Below are positions 41,392-55,268 of a DNA stretch of 64,000 nt, piece after piece; positions within the stretch are counted from its first letter, which is position 1; the number at the start of each line of letters is the position of its first letter. The notes beneath the pieces are model-generated. The model was not told where the DNA came from. It did no database searches and saw only the letters and a program-made list of their open reading frames with translations. Origin of the DNA: Octopus sinensis (Eukaryota); assembly GCF_006345805.1 (NCBI RefSeq), contig NC_042997.1, positions 37,758,001-37,822,000 of the forward strand, read 5' to 3'. Position numbers and translations under genes: made by a program.

Positions 41392-42469
41392 GAATAGGGG
41401 TTTTTGTTTGTCGTGTTGAAAAAGACAACATTAGTTTACGTCCATTGGACAGTTTACGATATCTGTTTTTAGAGTATTTGTTGGACGACTCTGTGATATT
41501 ATGTTACGACTAAAGATGATACTTTGAGTGTGTTAGGGAGAAATTAATGTAATTTAATCTCCATAAATCTGTATGTTGTTAAGTAATGAGCAAGGTGTGT
41601 GTTATAACCGAAATCTTGGGCACATCGTATCTAACAGTGTGAGAAAAAATATTTCTGTCAACACAAGTTGCGATAGCTTAGCAAACTAAGAGATGAGAGA
41701 TGGAAGAAGGAACACAGAGACAAGACATTTCCATTGGAGATTTTTATGCCAGGCAGCTTTGCTGATATCATGGGTAACATCATCGACTTCACCGAATATC
41801 TCCAAAGCGAGAGCCCACTTGCGGATGTCATAATCAAACGTCACCGATGGATGTTGCTTCTCAGAAAATGTTTAGGTGTTGTCAAGTGGAAACAGAAACA
41901 CACAAATGAAGAGAGAAAGACAAACAAACAGAGACAGAGGTATACAGACAGACAGTGATAGAGAGAGACAAAGAGGCGGTGAGAAAGACTGCTTTCTTTT
42001 TAAGATGTTGGAGTATAGCCATGTTAATGGCTGTCTTCATTACTTTAGTAATATTAAAATATCAGCATGGTAGGCTGATAAGCAAGGTCAGAGGTCCATC
42101 AGGTATTAATTAATTATAGTTATATCATTAACGTTAACAGAAATAATAGAAACATACAAGAAAGACAAAAGTATTTGCAGAGATGGAGAATCAAAATAGA
42201 AAATGAAATAGATAACGCGTAACAAATAGCAGCAGTATAAAAGGATATCTTTATGATATCTAAATTTTCGTAAATTTTATTTCATTACAAGAATAAAGTA
42301 TTATCCTGAAAGTGTGGCTGGTTCAACACATGTCGAATTGCTAAAACAGACCGATAGAATAAATACCAGGATTTAACAAAATGAATAAAATTTCTTCAAA
42401 GCGTGGCCGCAGTCTAATATGAAAGATGAAAGAAGAAATAGAATATACAAACGCATACACACACACAAG

Positions 42470-42590
42470 TATACATACATGCATACATACATACATACAT
42501 ACATACATACATACATACATACATACACACATACATACATACATACATACATACATACATACATACATACATACATACATACATACATAC
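42470..42590. repeat. (TACA)n microsatellite
   Basis: Direct reading of the sequence. Confidence 0.95.
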
Positions 42591-43361
42591 ATTTGCGGTG
42601 AATTAACTGTCACAAAAATGAAAATAATACTGACATCTCATTTTAATAGAAATATTTACCAAAATTACATAAAAATAACTTGAATTATTAATGAATAAAT
42701 TTATACAATAAATTGCTTTCAACCACGACCTCCAGACGACTTCAGAATCTCCTGCAACTCTTCTGGACGGTCTCCTTGTTTTAAGTTGGTGAATCCTCCC
42801 AAATGCGCCCCACACACACAATAATCAAGGGCGTTACAGTCTGGGGAGTTAGATGGCAAGATGTTAGGGGTGATGTGGTCGCAGAAATTAACAGCCATGA
42901 CTAGGTTCTCCTGTTTGTGCAGCATGGTGCAGAGACCTGTTGCCAGACATAGAGTCTCCCAACAACCACCTTCTTGATCCAGAACAGCACTACCACCTCC
43001 ATGTGGGAAGAAGAACAGAGGCACAACGTCGCCATCACTAGCGATCATTCTAAGGACCATGACATTGACTGAATGTTTAATTTTTATCACTCTCGATACA
43101 TGTCCTCAGATTGAACAGTTCTCAGACTGACACCCAAACAATCTGAAATGTTCACATTGGAGCTTCCGGCGCAAATTCCAAGCAGTACAGCATGTCGTTT
43201 CCAAATTTCTAGTGGAGTGAATTGCGTCTTGATGATGTTTCTCTCATAGACGGTACCCAACTAACCTTACTACACTGTGGAGTCGACATTATCAAAATCA
43301 ATGTGCATGCGTGAAATTAAAAAAATATATATAATGGCAACAATTTACCCATCGCACCTTG
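42590..43361 (-). mobile_element. Tc1/mariner-superfamily deletion derivative
   Basis: The minus strand gives KHSVNVMVLRMIASDGDVVPLFFFPHG and PNILPSNSPDCNALDY (WPP.SPD.NPLDY-like). Degenerate TIRs at both ends. Confidence 0.8.
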
Positions 43362-43403
43362 TGTGTGTGTGTGTGTTTGTTTGTGCTTATACACGCACAA
43401 TAT

Positions 43404-43917
43404 CTCGCAATATCACGGATGCAGTTGTACATCGTTAACCAGTAAAGGAGATGTCCTCCTGGCGTTAAAAAATCGTAGTAAAGTCGTTTGAAATGGGCAG
43501 CCATGTTGAAGTAGCTATGAAAGATACTTGTTAGTACAACTACTGCGTTGATCTCTGAGAGTGATTTTAGAACTAACACTTTTGCTTGTTGTAATATCAA
43601 AGACTGTATGTGGCTCGAAATTATATATACATTGCGAGCTATTGCCATCACTATCAGACGAGGGGTCCAGTACTGAAGAGAGGCAAAAATAGCCCGAAAC
43701 TAGGCTGGTTCCGTCGCTAGAAGGTGGTAGAGATACGGTCCTCTGCTCGCCATATCTCAGTTGCAGCTGTGCATCGTTAACCAGCTAGAGGAAATGTCCT
43801 ATTGGGGTTACAAAATCGCAGTAGATCGAACAGCTATGTTGAAGCGGCTACGAACATTAGTTGTTAGTACAACTACTGCGTTGATTCCTTAGAGAGATTA
43901 TAGAACGTGCATTTTTG

Positions 43918-43920
<3 letters not shown>
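43404..43920 (+). mobile_element. Old retrozyme-like element: about 342-bp monomer with diverged direct repeats and a central damaged hammerhead
   Basis: Repeats at 43404-43588 and 43746-43920. 43667-43708 reads CCAGUA CUGAAGA GAGGC-AAAAAUA-GCCC GAAA CUAG G CUGG, with the cleavage triplet lost. Confidence 0.65.
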
Positions 43921-43970
<50 letters not shown>

Positions 43971-44039
43971 ATGTATGTATGTGTGTATGCATGCTTGTGT
44001 GTGTGTGTATGTGTCTGTATCTGTCTATGCATCGGAAAA

Positions 44040-44960
44040 TTAATATTGATAAGGATCATAGTATGGATAGATTAGGTGCAGAGATATACGAATATGGTGA
44101 TGAACATCACTGTACAATGTTGATAGGATGCAATTCAGAGTGTTTGGCACAGAGAAGTGGTGTGATGCGATTATGGAGATACTCTATAAATCGAAAGGTG
44201 GAAGGGATGTCTGCTATAATTTTGGTGACATCTCTCTGTTAGCTGAGGCTGGAAAGGTCCTTTGTATGGTAATGCTAAAGAGGTTCTACAAGAATGACAA
44301 TGTGGATTTATAAGTGCTTGGTGTGGTGTACTATGGATATGATACTCTCAGGTAGATAGTTCCAAGAGAATCTCATCGAACAGGATATGGACTTATATCA
44401 AGTTTTTATTAATCAGAGAAATTATTTGATTCTGTAAATACAGTTGCACTTGAGAGATCCCGAAAAACTGTTGCCCTGAAAAAATTGTGAGAATGCTTAT
44501 ACAATTTCCTGACGAAATGGAGGTAAGACCTAATGTTGCAGGTACCTTGTCAGATCCAATTTCTGTAGAAACTGGTGTAAAACAGGGTGATATTTCTCTA
44601 CCTGCCTTGTTTGCTCTGTATTTTACCATAGTCTTTCTAATAGTTTTCGGAGATCGTGCTGAAGGGGTCTATATAAGATAAAGGGCAGCGTAGGGATTTA
44701 AGGAATTTGTAACGATATCATCAATATTGTCTTAGGAAAATTCTTGGGATAATTTAGAAAATGGCGATCAGTGATGCGGAGGTACTTGAGAGAAGTGTTA
44801 GTAAGAGTGAGGAATCGAGGATTCTGCAAAGTCGTTTTAGGTGAGGTAGACATTTGGTGAGGATGAAGAAGTAAGAACCCACAGTAGAGAAGAATCCATA
44901 GCCACTCATAATAAAAAAGAGTACTGTTGGAATGTTTCAGTGAAAATCTCAATAAAATGT
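44040..44960 (+). mobile_element. Degenerate RTE-clade LINE RT fragment
   Basis: Segments LYKSKGGRDVC..ISLLAEAGKVL, SDPISVETGVKQGDISLPALFALYF and AEVLER..GRHLVRM. Confidence 0.8.
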
Positions 44961-44961
44961 A

Positions 44962-45385
44962 AGCACAACAGACATTATATAATGATTTGGGATAAAGAAG
45001 TGAAACTGTGTACAGTTGTGGAAATTAACTGTGGAAGCTAACATCAGGCTGAAGAGACTACCTACGCTAAACTATAGAGAAATCTGCAGTTACTCTATCC
45101 AGATTACAAGTTCAGGTTTATACCTGTAATTAGTGATAGGTAACACACTGCCTAAATACCAATCTTGATAAATTAGGTTTCTCAAAACCAGAAAAGAGAA
45201 AACTAATTCGAAGACTATAGAACCAATCCATCATTGGATCTGTAAAATCTGTAAAACTTTACGGAAGTTTATCATTTAAATATATATGAGAATGTCTAGA
45301 TATGCAACTATATGCATTAGTTTACATGCATAAAACAAAATATATAAATCTCACATATACATACATACATGCGTACATATATATA

Positions 45386-45454
<69 letters not shown>

Positions 45455-45600
45455 CATACATACATACATACATACATACATACATACATAAAAATACCCT
45501 GTTGTTGATATTGAAATTCCAATGAGGGAGCCTTGGATCTAGGTTAGAAACCGAATATTTCTCTATTGGCAAGAAATCTTGAAATAAAACTGAATAATGT
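44962..45600 (+). mobile_element. 3' end of a LINE with a restriction-like endonuclease, ending in (CATA)n
   Basis: HNR..IMIWDKEVKLCTVVEINC and NLQLLYPDYKFRFIPVI, ending KICKTLRKFII*. A 3' UTR and (CATA)n follow. Confidence 0.7.
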
Positions 45601-45789
45601 CATACATACATACAGACAGACATACAGACATGCATACATTCATACATGCATACATACATATGTACATACATACATACATACATACATACGTACATACATA
45701 GATACACACATACACACATACATACACACATACATACATGCATACATACATATACAGTAACTGCTTTTACGTATTCGAAAAAAGCAGTT

Positions 45790-46400
45790 GCTAGAAAGAA
45801 TTATTGAAATGGGCCATTGGTAATGCAATGTGAGGCCATTGTATGACTTGAGCCTGGCCGAAGATTTACACATTCTAATGCATAATGCATAGCTGTGCTG
45901 GCTGGCAGAAGAAACATGTACCACAGTGTAAAGTCTTTTTGACATGCCTTTTCAATCCTCCAATTGAAAGGCACATCTTTACCCAGGTAGCACATGTTCT
46001 GTTATGAACAATAGCCGTATCACAATTTACAGGGTAAAAATTCCTGTGAGTTATCTGGTGGCTGACCAGGCTTGCATGGCTCAAGCATTTCCTCCGATAA
46101 ATCACACGCATAAAAAGCAACATGCCTTCATTTTGTACCGCTTCATTCTTTCTCAGCCTTCTCTTGATTTTCTAGTACTTTATGCTCACTCTTTCAAACT
46201 TCGAACAACCACTGTGCACCTATTCCCTCCATCCATTGCGGTCTTTTGCCTCTCTCTCCCAATAAACGACTGAAATCACTGTCTGTGGAAGAGCAATTCT
46301 GAGGCAGTCCATGAACATCATTTTGGAGTAATGTGCTGTCCTCCTACAACCGTCCAGCTCAGCTCACCATTCAAAAGTTGTTGGCAACCTTAAACATACA
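45790..46400 (-). mobile_element. RTE LINE 3' end remnant
   Basis: The minus strand gives WEREAKDRNGWRE and a C-terminal RKCLSHASLVSHQITH zinc-finger-like segment. Confidence 0.6.
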
Positions 46401-48225
46401 GCAGTAAAGTACTTAGAATTGTCCTATAGTGTATATAATTAGTATATTCTTGAGTTTGGAAAAGCGTCTGTAAAGTTTTGTCATTTTCGTATTCTCTTTT
46501 CTTTTCCATAACCCAAATCCCAAACTAAATATAAAATACATTGTAATGGGACATTAGCATAATATATGCTTAATTAATTGTTTATTTCATTATGAAATTT
46601 TTGTCACATGATTTTTAAATTCTTTGTTATGTTTGGCTTTAGTTTAACCTTGTTATCGTATCCAAATTTTTAATAGATTTTTATGTTATACTGTTTAAAA
46701 TAATTTTATTGCCAATTTTAAAACCATAACTTGTTAATTCAACAATAGCATATTGATTATTTTCCTTGATATTAGCAAGTCAAATTTAAATACATTTTTT
46801 GAATACAGTTATACCGTTGCAGGACAGCAATTATCTTAATTAAAATTTCTGAACACAACTAGTGTAACGCAAAGATAAATCGTTGCTTTCAAATGAAAAA
46901 TGAAAGTCAATGTGGTAGAATTAATTCACTTCTTTTATACACACACTGAACCAGTGCGATTGCAACGGGGTTACCTTTTATACTCGAAACTAACGATTTT
47001 CCTTTACAATATTAAAATGGTAATTCATTTGTAATAAATGTTGCACCAAACTTTTCTTGTAAATAGAAGAAGGATTTAGGAATATATTTTACATATGGTT
47101 ATTTTCAAGAATACAAAGGATCTGGTTTTAAAGAGAGTAGATTCAATATGTCGCCTAGTTTAATACATTGTCTAACAGGCTTCCAATCTTTTGCAACCAT
47201 TTGGGTCAGTTAAAAGTCTCTGCATAGATTCTTCTCCTATCACACCATCAGACACCAATCTCAGTCATTGTCAGTATTCGTCTTTTACTTAAGACGGTAT
47301 GTTTAAATATATCAATGTATGAACACCATACTTACTCACTGCTATCATCGTTCCAATGAAGCAGCACCCATTTATCCATAGCATTTTCACCGTCTTTCAG
47401 AATAAAAGGACACTGGATAATATAATCCAAGATAGAGAATAGCATAATCTTTATCTAGTCAAAAGAGAAGATATGACCACAATTTGAATTGTTCAGATCA
47501 CAGTTCTGCTTCCCCATAGATGACATTGGTTAAACAACTGCTGATTATATCTTCATAGTGGGGTTATAAATGTTTATAACTGCAATCAATACAGAGCTAG
47601 TTTAACGTCAGTTCAAGTAACCACTTTCGCAAATATAATTGGTCAAATGTTCACATTTGCATTGTATATAATGTGTTTAATGTTATTACGATGTATCTAT
47701 TTGGATAATTGTAATTTATGTAAAAGTTAAAGTGTTAAACTTCTGTCAGTTTGGAAAGCTTATTAAATTTAATCATAGCATTAAATAAATCTATCATACA
47801 TAATAGAACGATAATATTTTGCTTGAGCTAAATCCTGTAAGAGGTAATCTAAAATAATTTCTAAAATTGGCACGAAGCCACACATTTCTAAAGGAGAAGC
47901 AGATTCGATGAAATCAATTAAGTAATACCTCTAACAACCAGAATCAACAGGACTTCATTTTAACTCAGCAGTGAAAGGTGCAAAAATAAACCCTAAAACT
48001 GAATTAATTTTTTTCCGCTACCCAAGCGCTGAAAGACATATAGACCACTTAATTTCAATAATTAGAAAAATTAAGGAGTAAAGATTCAATAATTTCTATG
48101 CAAACAACTATGTTTGTTCTTGTTAATTATAAGGAATATATTTTATACACTTTTGTACTTTCAAAGCAAATTTTGTAAAACCTTATGCATATATGTTTCA
48201 AGAAACGAATATCCCTAATACATGC

Positions 48226-48283
<58 letters not shown>

Positions 48284-49140
48284 GCTGTTGTTATAGTTGT
48301 TGTTGCTGTTGCTATTGTTATTAGTATTAATATTACTGTTGAAAAAGCGGCCGAGCTGTCAGAATCGTTAGCAATCTGGACGAAAAGTTTTGCGGCATTT
48401 CGCCCGTCATTATGTTCTGAGTTCAAATTCCGCCGAGGTCGAGTTTACCTTTCATTCTTTCAGGGTCAATAAAATAAGTACCAGTTAAATACTGCAGTCG
48501 ATGTAATGACTTATTCCCACCCCACCCCGCCAAGCTGACCTTGTCGCAAAAATTTGAAATTATTATTATTATTATTGTTGCTGTTACTATTGAAAAGACG
48601 GCGGGCGAAATGCATAGCTTTATTTAGTCTGGAGCTACGTCCTGAGTTCAAATTCCGCCGAGATCGACTTTGCCTTTCAGCTTTGCCTTTCAACCCTAAA
48701 TTAAATACCAGTGAAACACTGGAGTCGATATAATCGACCCCAAAATTGCAGGCTTTGTGCCTTTTGTAAAAGGGATTGTTATTATTACTGAAGGCATCCA
48801 GATGGAAGAGTCGTTACCACTCCGGACAAAATTCTTAACATCATTTCGTCTGTTTTTACGTTCTGATATCAAATTTCATCATATAGGGGTCTATAAGATA
48901 AATATAAAGAATTATTATTATTATTATTGTGGCTGAATATTTAGCAAACCAGACAAAATGCTTAAAGGTATTCCTTCTGACCTTATGCTGTGAGTTCAAA
49001 TTCCACCGAGGTCGAGTGCATCTTTCATCCTTTCGACGTATTTAAAATATAGTGCCAATCACATACCAGGATCGATCTAATCGACTTCCACCTATCCTCA
49101 AAAACTACTGGCTCTGTATCAAAATGTGAAACTATTTTTA
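48226..49140 (+). mobile_element. Cluster of four degenerate family A-type SINEs separated by (ATT)n tracts
   Basis: GAGTTCAAATTCC.CCGAGGTCGA blocks near 48419, 48644 and 48992, plus a weaker copy near 48860. Each copy is preceded by (ATT)n. Confidence 0.75.
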
Positions 49141-50625
49141 TTATATATGGGGCACTGTTTTTTAACTTAGAATATTCAATGAAGGCTTAGTCTCCCCTTT
49201 CATGAGCAGCGAGTTTTATTCGCTATAATTGATAAGTGGCAATCTTCGAATCAGATTTTAATCAATCGGTTTTATCCGTCAAGAATGCGCCCATTTATAA
49301 ATTTTGATTGTTTATCGTTAGACTACATGCTGCGAAAATTATAGGTACTGAAGTGTTTCCTGTTCGAATTTTGACATAGAAAGGCCATATTAGTACATGG
49401 TATTGTTGATAAATTTGAAGGTGCGAGGCATTATAAGTCGACGTATTTTACAACATAAACGAGGTTTACTAAATAGTGATAAGGCCAAGCTTTAACGGCA
49501 GAGAATCAATGGAATTTCAGGACATCATCTGGGAAACATATCCTTGTGGAGCGGCAGAATCGGTAGCTGGCGGAATGCTCTAGAACAAGGCTGGAACAAA
49601 ATCGGAAGGAAATTTGTGACTTTCACATAAGAAATGAATTGCAAGAAAGCTGTAACTGAAAAGAGGATAGCAAAGTTGTATGCTCACTGTTTGTGATATA
49701 TTGACTTTACAGAATTTTCTTCAGCATACACGTACACACATTTATGCGTGTGCGTCTGTTTATGTGTTTGTGCTTGTAAAGAACAAACAAAGCAACATCA
49801 ATACGTTATGAATATTATAATTATCATTATAATTGTATTAATTCGGCTGTAGCTGTATAGCGTTATTTAAATTTCGCATTAGCAGGCACGTTTAGATGAT
49901 GGCTTGAAATATTTGTTGTACCTTAAAAGTTAAGTAACTGCATATGGCTTCAGCTGCACACACACTCACACACAGTTATATACACTCGCATATATATACA
50001 CACGCATACACCTATATGTCTATACACATACATACACCTATATGTCTATATACATACATACACCTATATGTATGCATGTATACAAATAAACACGCATATA
50101 TGACATCATATGTGCAAAGAAAACTCATGTATATATTACAAATACATAATAGAGCATTCCAAAAATAATTAGAGATAAGTTAAATGTAGTTATAATATAA
50201 CCACTCATCTTTGTATTCATTCGGCATCTGCTATCATCTTAAAAATACTTTATTATATTAAATTAATAGGATTATATGTATTCTAAATAACATTTATATA
50301 CTTTCATAATATATTAATAAAATCTTTTTTGCGCAGCTATTTTTCTTTCTATCAGAAACAACATATCAAGAGATATCATTATGAGAAAACACATGAAATA
50401 TTGGAATTGTAATTAGCTACAGCATAAGAGATTCATTGTGCATTATATTCTAACAAACAAGCATATGTACACATTACATTGTACACCATGCATTCACAAA
50501 CACATGCAGATGTCAAAGCGTTGTATACTGAAACATATATAAATAGTCACATACACACGCGTGCTTGCGTTTGTATTAGTTTGATCCTTACTCTGTGAGT
50601 AGTGTATCTTCAACGTAAATGTGAG

Positions 50626-50663
<38 letters not shown>

Positions 50664-51048
50664 CAAACGAATATAGACACAATCTTCCCCTCACAATCCA
50701 AATATCATTTGGACAATGCAACAGATATGAGGCTTCTTGATTTAGTAAATAAAAAATGATGCATTGATGCTTTATGCACACACACACATACACACACACA
50801 CATACACACACACACATACACACACACACATACAGGTATGTATATGCATATGTGTGTGTGGGTGAGTGTGAGTGTGTGTGTATGTGTGTCATCATATATA
50901 TGCATACATATATATGTATATAGATATGCGTATATATTTACCTCATTATATATATTGTATATTACAAGTGTGTATGTATATGTATATGTATATATATATG
51001 AAAAAACAAGTAAAAAATAGAAAATGCTAAAATAATTTTATAGTGAAC

Positions 51049-51094
51049 ATTTCAGTACCGGTTTCGGTCATTTTGAGACCTTTTCAACTGTAAC
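51049..51094 (-). ncRNA. Type I hammerhead ribozyme, U3-A8 core variant
   Basis: Minus strand: GUUACAG UUGAAAA GGUC-UCAAAAU-GACC GAAA CCG GUA|CUGAAAU. Stem II is perfect and stem III is the palindrome ACCGGU. Confidence 0.75.
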
Positions 51095-51250
51095 GATTAA
51101 ATAATTAAATTTAGAAAAATTAGAAGAAAAGTTTTTTTAAAAGAATATTTCTATAGTAGTGTTCAGATTTAAGTGGCATTCTGCCTTTCTCTGACTCCCT
51201 TGTTTGCACTTGTGTGTTCGAGGTATATATATACGTTCATTACATATCAT

Positions 51251-51285
<35 letters not shown>

Positions 51286-51650
51286 TGTTCAAACGAATAT
51301 AGACACAATCTTCCCCTCACAATCCAAATATCATTTGGACAATGCAACAGATATGAGGCTTCTTGATTTAGTAAATAAAAAATGATGCATTGATGCTTTA
51401 TGCACACACACACATACACACACACACACACATACAGGTATGTATATGCATATGTGTGTGTGGGTGAGTGTGAGTGTGTGTGTATGTGTGTCATCATATA
51501 TATGCATACATATATATGTATATAGATATGCGTATATATTTACCTCATTATATATATTGTATATTACAAGTGTGTATGTATATGTATATGTATATATATA
51601 TGAAAAAACAAGTAAAAAATAGAAAATGCTAAAATAATTTTATAGTGAAC

Positions 51651-51696
51651 ATTTCAGTACCGGTTTCGGTCATTTTGAGACCTTTTCAACTGTAAC
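51651..51696 (-). ncRNA. Second copy of the U3-A8 hammerhead
   Basis: Identical to 51049-51094, offset by 602 bp. Confidence 0.75.
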
Positions 51697-51847
51697 GATT
51701 AAATAATTAAATTTAGAAAAATTAGAAGAAAAGTTTTTTTAAAAGAATATTTCTATAGTAGTGTTCAGATTTAAGTGGCATTCTGCCTTTCTCTGACTCC
51801 CTTGTTTGCACTTGTGTGTTCGAGGTATATATATACGTTCATTACAT

Positions 51848-51882
<35 letters not shown>

Positions 51883-52374
51883 GTTCATTACATACCTTCT
51901 GTATACCTGCATACATACATACATATATACATACATATCTTGATATATTTCAATATTTTAGGCTATTATACCATATGCAATTAACTTCTCTGCAAAAACA
52001 AATATCATAACTCTTTGTTCTCAACTGTTTTCAATTTGATGTTTGTTGTATATTTCATAAGCGTATGTGCGAAGCTCCAGAAAAATATTCTGTTGAATAG
52101 AATCTTTAATCGTTTAGGATAAATTGCTTCGAGAAATTTAAGTATTGAGCAAAATCAATTGTATTTATTCATATATGTGAGCGTTGAGATGTACATCTAT
52201 TCTTTCTTTGTAAAAGTCTGAGAACTGTTGAAATTCACCTAAGAAACAGTCTCTTCTGCCCACGGACTGCTAAAAGCATTCTGTGGTGTAGCGAGTTTAT
52301 TCAGCGAGAATAAACTGTATAAGTACCTTGTTTTATACTTCATAAACACAAAACCCTCTATAGCGTATTAATCA

Positions 52375-52670
<296 letters not shown>

Positions 52671-53752
52671 TATACAAAGATTGATAGACATATATGCACA
52701 CATACGCATACAAATAGACATACTCACGCGCTCACATAGTGCGCGCTCACTCACATACAGATACATTGAAGCACATATTTATGCTTGTTTTTGTTAGTTT
52801 GTTTGTAAACGCATTCGTGCATGCAAGTGGATGAGGATGTAAAGGAGAGAGAAAGAGAAAGTATGTGAGCTAATGAGCTCAGCAGTAGACGGACAGAATA
52901 GACATTAAGAACAGCTATCAAAGTACTGTTTTCTGCCATTGATTGGAACTGACGTGTGTTCAATCATGTTGGACTGATGACAAAGTAGTGCTCTGCATGA
53001 CCTGAGTATGGGAAATAAAGCCAATAACTATATACAAATGGAATGTTGCATTAATCCATGGAGAGTATAGGCAAATACAATTGAGGCTTTCAACATTCCT
53101 TTCATTCTGTCGTGACTGACTAAATTCGGTCAAATTTATGCTTCTTACAGCTGAAAATGTAACTGAAGTATCGAGTGAATATAATAGAATCTATAGCTCG
53201 TTTCAAAGCAGATGAAAAAATTAAAGGAAAAATTAATGTGATCGTGGACGACAATCGGAGAGAGTGAATGAAAATATAGTCAATATATATATATCACCCT
53301 TATACGATTTTTAGTGCCTGTGAAAAAACAATTATGTTGGTTATTTTCACAGAGTTTTGCGTTCATATACTTGGCTCTCTTTGGTACATGTTAAACTCGA
53401 GTTTAGAATTATTTAAACAATGCCATTACATTGTTAATCAGTGTTTTGCTGCATTGCTTTTCTTAAGAAATGTATATTCACTTGTAGCACTTTCATTTGG
53501 TTTACACTTACACACAATACACTACGTCGTTCATTTTTCGTCTACACTGCTTATGATTAAGCTAATAAAAGCCGTATAACGGAGTTATATAAATACTAGC
53601 TGTAGATCGTTAAGCTTCATGAAATAGCTTTGCATATTAAGCCAAAAATATGCTGTAGCTGTTTCAAAGCCGAGCCAAAATACAAAGTAATGTAGATAAA
53701 GTGTTCGGTGTATGTACTTGGTTCATGTTTAATAGATTGATTGAATTGCTGT

Positions 53753-53797
<45 letters not shown>

Positions 53798-53807
53798 AAT
53801 GTATGTA

Positions 53808-53848
<41 letters not shown>

Positions 53849-53886
53849 TGATTGCTGTGAGTATATATCTATACACACACACAGAC

Positions 53887-53956
<70 letters not shown>

Positions 53957-54289
53957 CATATTAGACTGATTGAATTGTTGTGAGTAGATAAATAAGACCT
54001 AACAATAACCAAGTTAATGATATTGCATAAGGTCAGCTATTATCGATTATAACTAAAATCGCAGCTGACGTTTTGCCGACTTCAGGTATAAATTTATTTA
54101 CTGATGCAATATATGTGGCTTTCGTTTTTTAAAACGTTCGGAAATGATTTGGAAGAGTCTTGGCTAATATTTCTAGCGGTTCGACACACCATCTACAAAC
54201 TTTCCTTCGCTGAGATTGTTAATTATTTGAAATGAGATCGTAACCTACTCTAGAAAAAGCGACGTCATGCCGTATAGATTCTTGAGTAA

Positions 54290-54595
54290 TCTAAATATCT
54301 AAAACTAAGAATGTGCACCTGTCTGTCTGTATGTGTACATCACTAAAACTCTAGAAGTACATTACCGATCTTATTCACATTTTACATATGCCTCACTGAG
54401 GGTCCATGCAGTGTCTGGGCCCAAAAAGTTTCAACTTCTTGCCTAATGCTAGCCGAAACAATCTCTTATATCTTACACTATTGCAGCATTATGTGTCAAA
54501 AGTGAAACAATAATACCCCTATTGTAATATGAGATAATAATTTTAATGCTTTCAATTTAATAATTTCACTATCAAAACAGAATCTATTATCTGAT
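54290..54595 (+). mobile_element. Helitron 5' fragment
   Basis: The start A|TCTAAATATCTAAAACTAAGAATG..CTGTCTGTCTG resembles the Helitron at 28062. The 3' end is missing. Confidence 0.5.
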
Positions 54596-54631
54596 ATATA
54601 TATATATATTATATATATATATATGTATATA

Positions 54632-54692
<61 letters not shown>

Positions 54693-54899
54693 ATATATAT
54701 GTATATATATACATGTCTACCCACACATATGTATGCATATATATATGTGTGTATATATGTATATACATCTGCACATATATATGTGTATGTATATATATAA
54801 TTGTACATGTATAGATGTATATATATATACATGTGTATTTGTAGATTTTTATGTATATATAAATGTATATGTATGTATATATATGTGTAAATATATATG

Positions 54900-54930
<31 letters not shown>

Positions 54931-54935
<5 letters not shown>

Positions 54936-55135
54936 ATCCAAACAAGAAAACAAAAAGACACAACGCAAGGTCGTGGAACAAATAAAGTATTATTGGACGC
55001 TTAGGAAAGAAGGGAAGAAGGGGGGGTTGACGTTTCGAGCGGAGCCCTTTGTCGGAAACATAAGAGAAGGAAAGATCCCGAGAAGGGAAGACAGAGGGAA
55101 AAAAATCGCTAGTGATACAGACGAGGTCACATACT
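54931..55135 (-). mobile_element. Family H1 element with a mutated hammerhead core
   Basis: Minus strand GUUU CCGACAA A GGGC-UCC-GCUC GAAA CGUC (55059-55029). Homologous to 16550-16762. Confidence 0.75.
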
Positions 55136-55192
55136 AAAAGACATTTATATGTATATATATATATATACATTTATATGTATATATATATATAC

Positions 55193-55268
<76 letters not shown>

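Larger units (their letters stand above)
50627..51880. repeat. Tandem duplication with a unit of about 602-626 bp, differing mainly in microsatellite length
   Basis: Unique sequence 50661-51250 is repeated at 51287-51852. The ORFs at 50838 and 51440 are identical. Confidence 0.92.
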
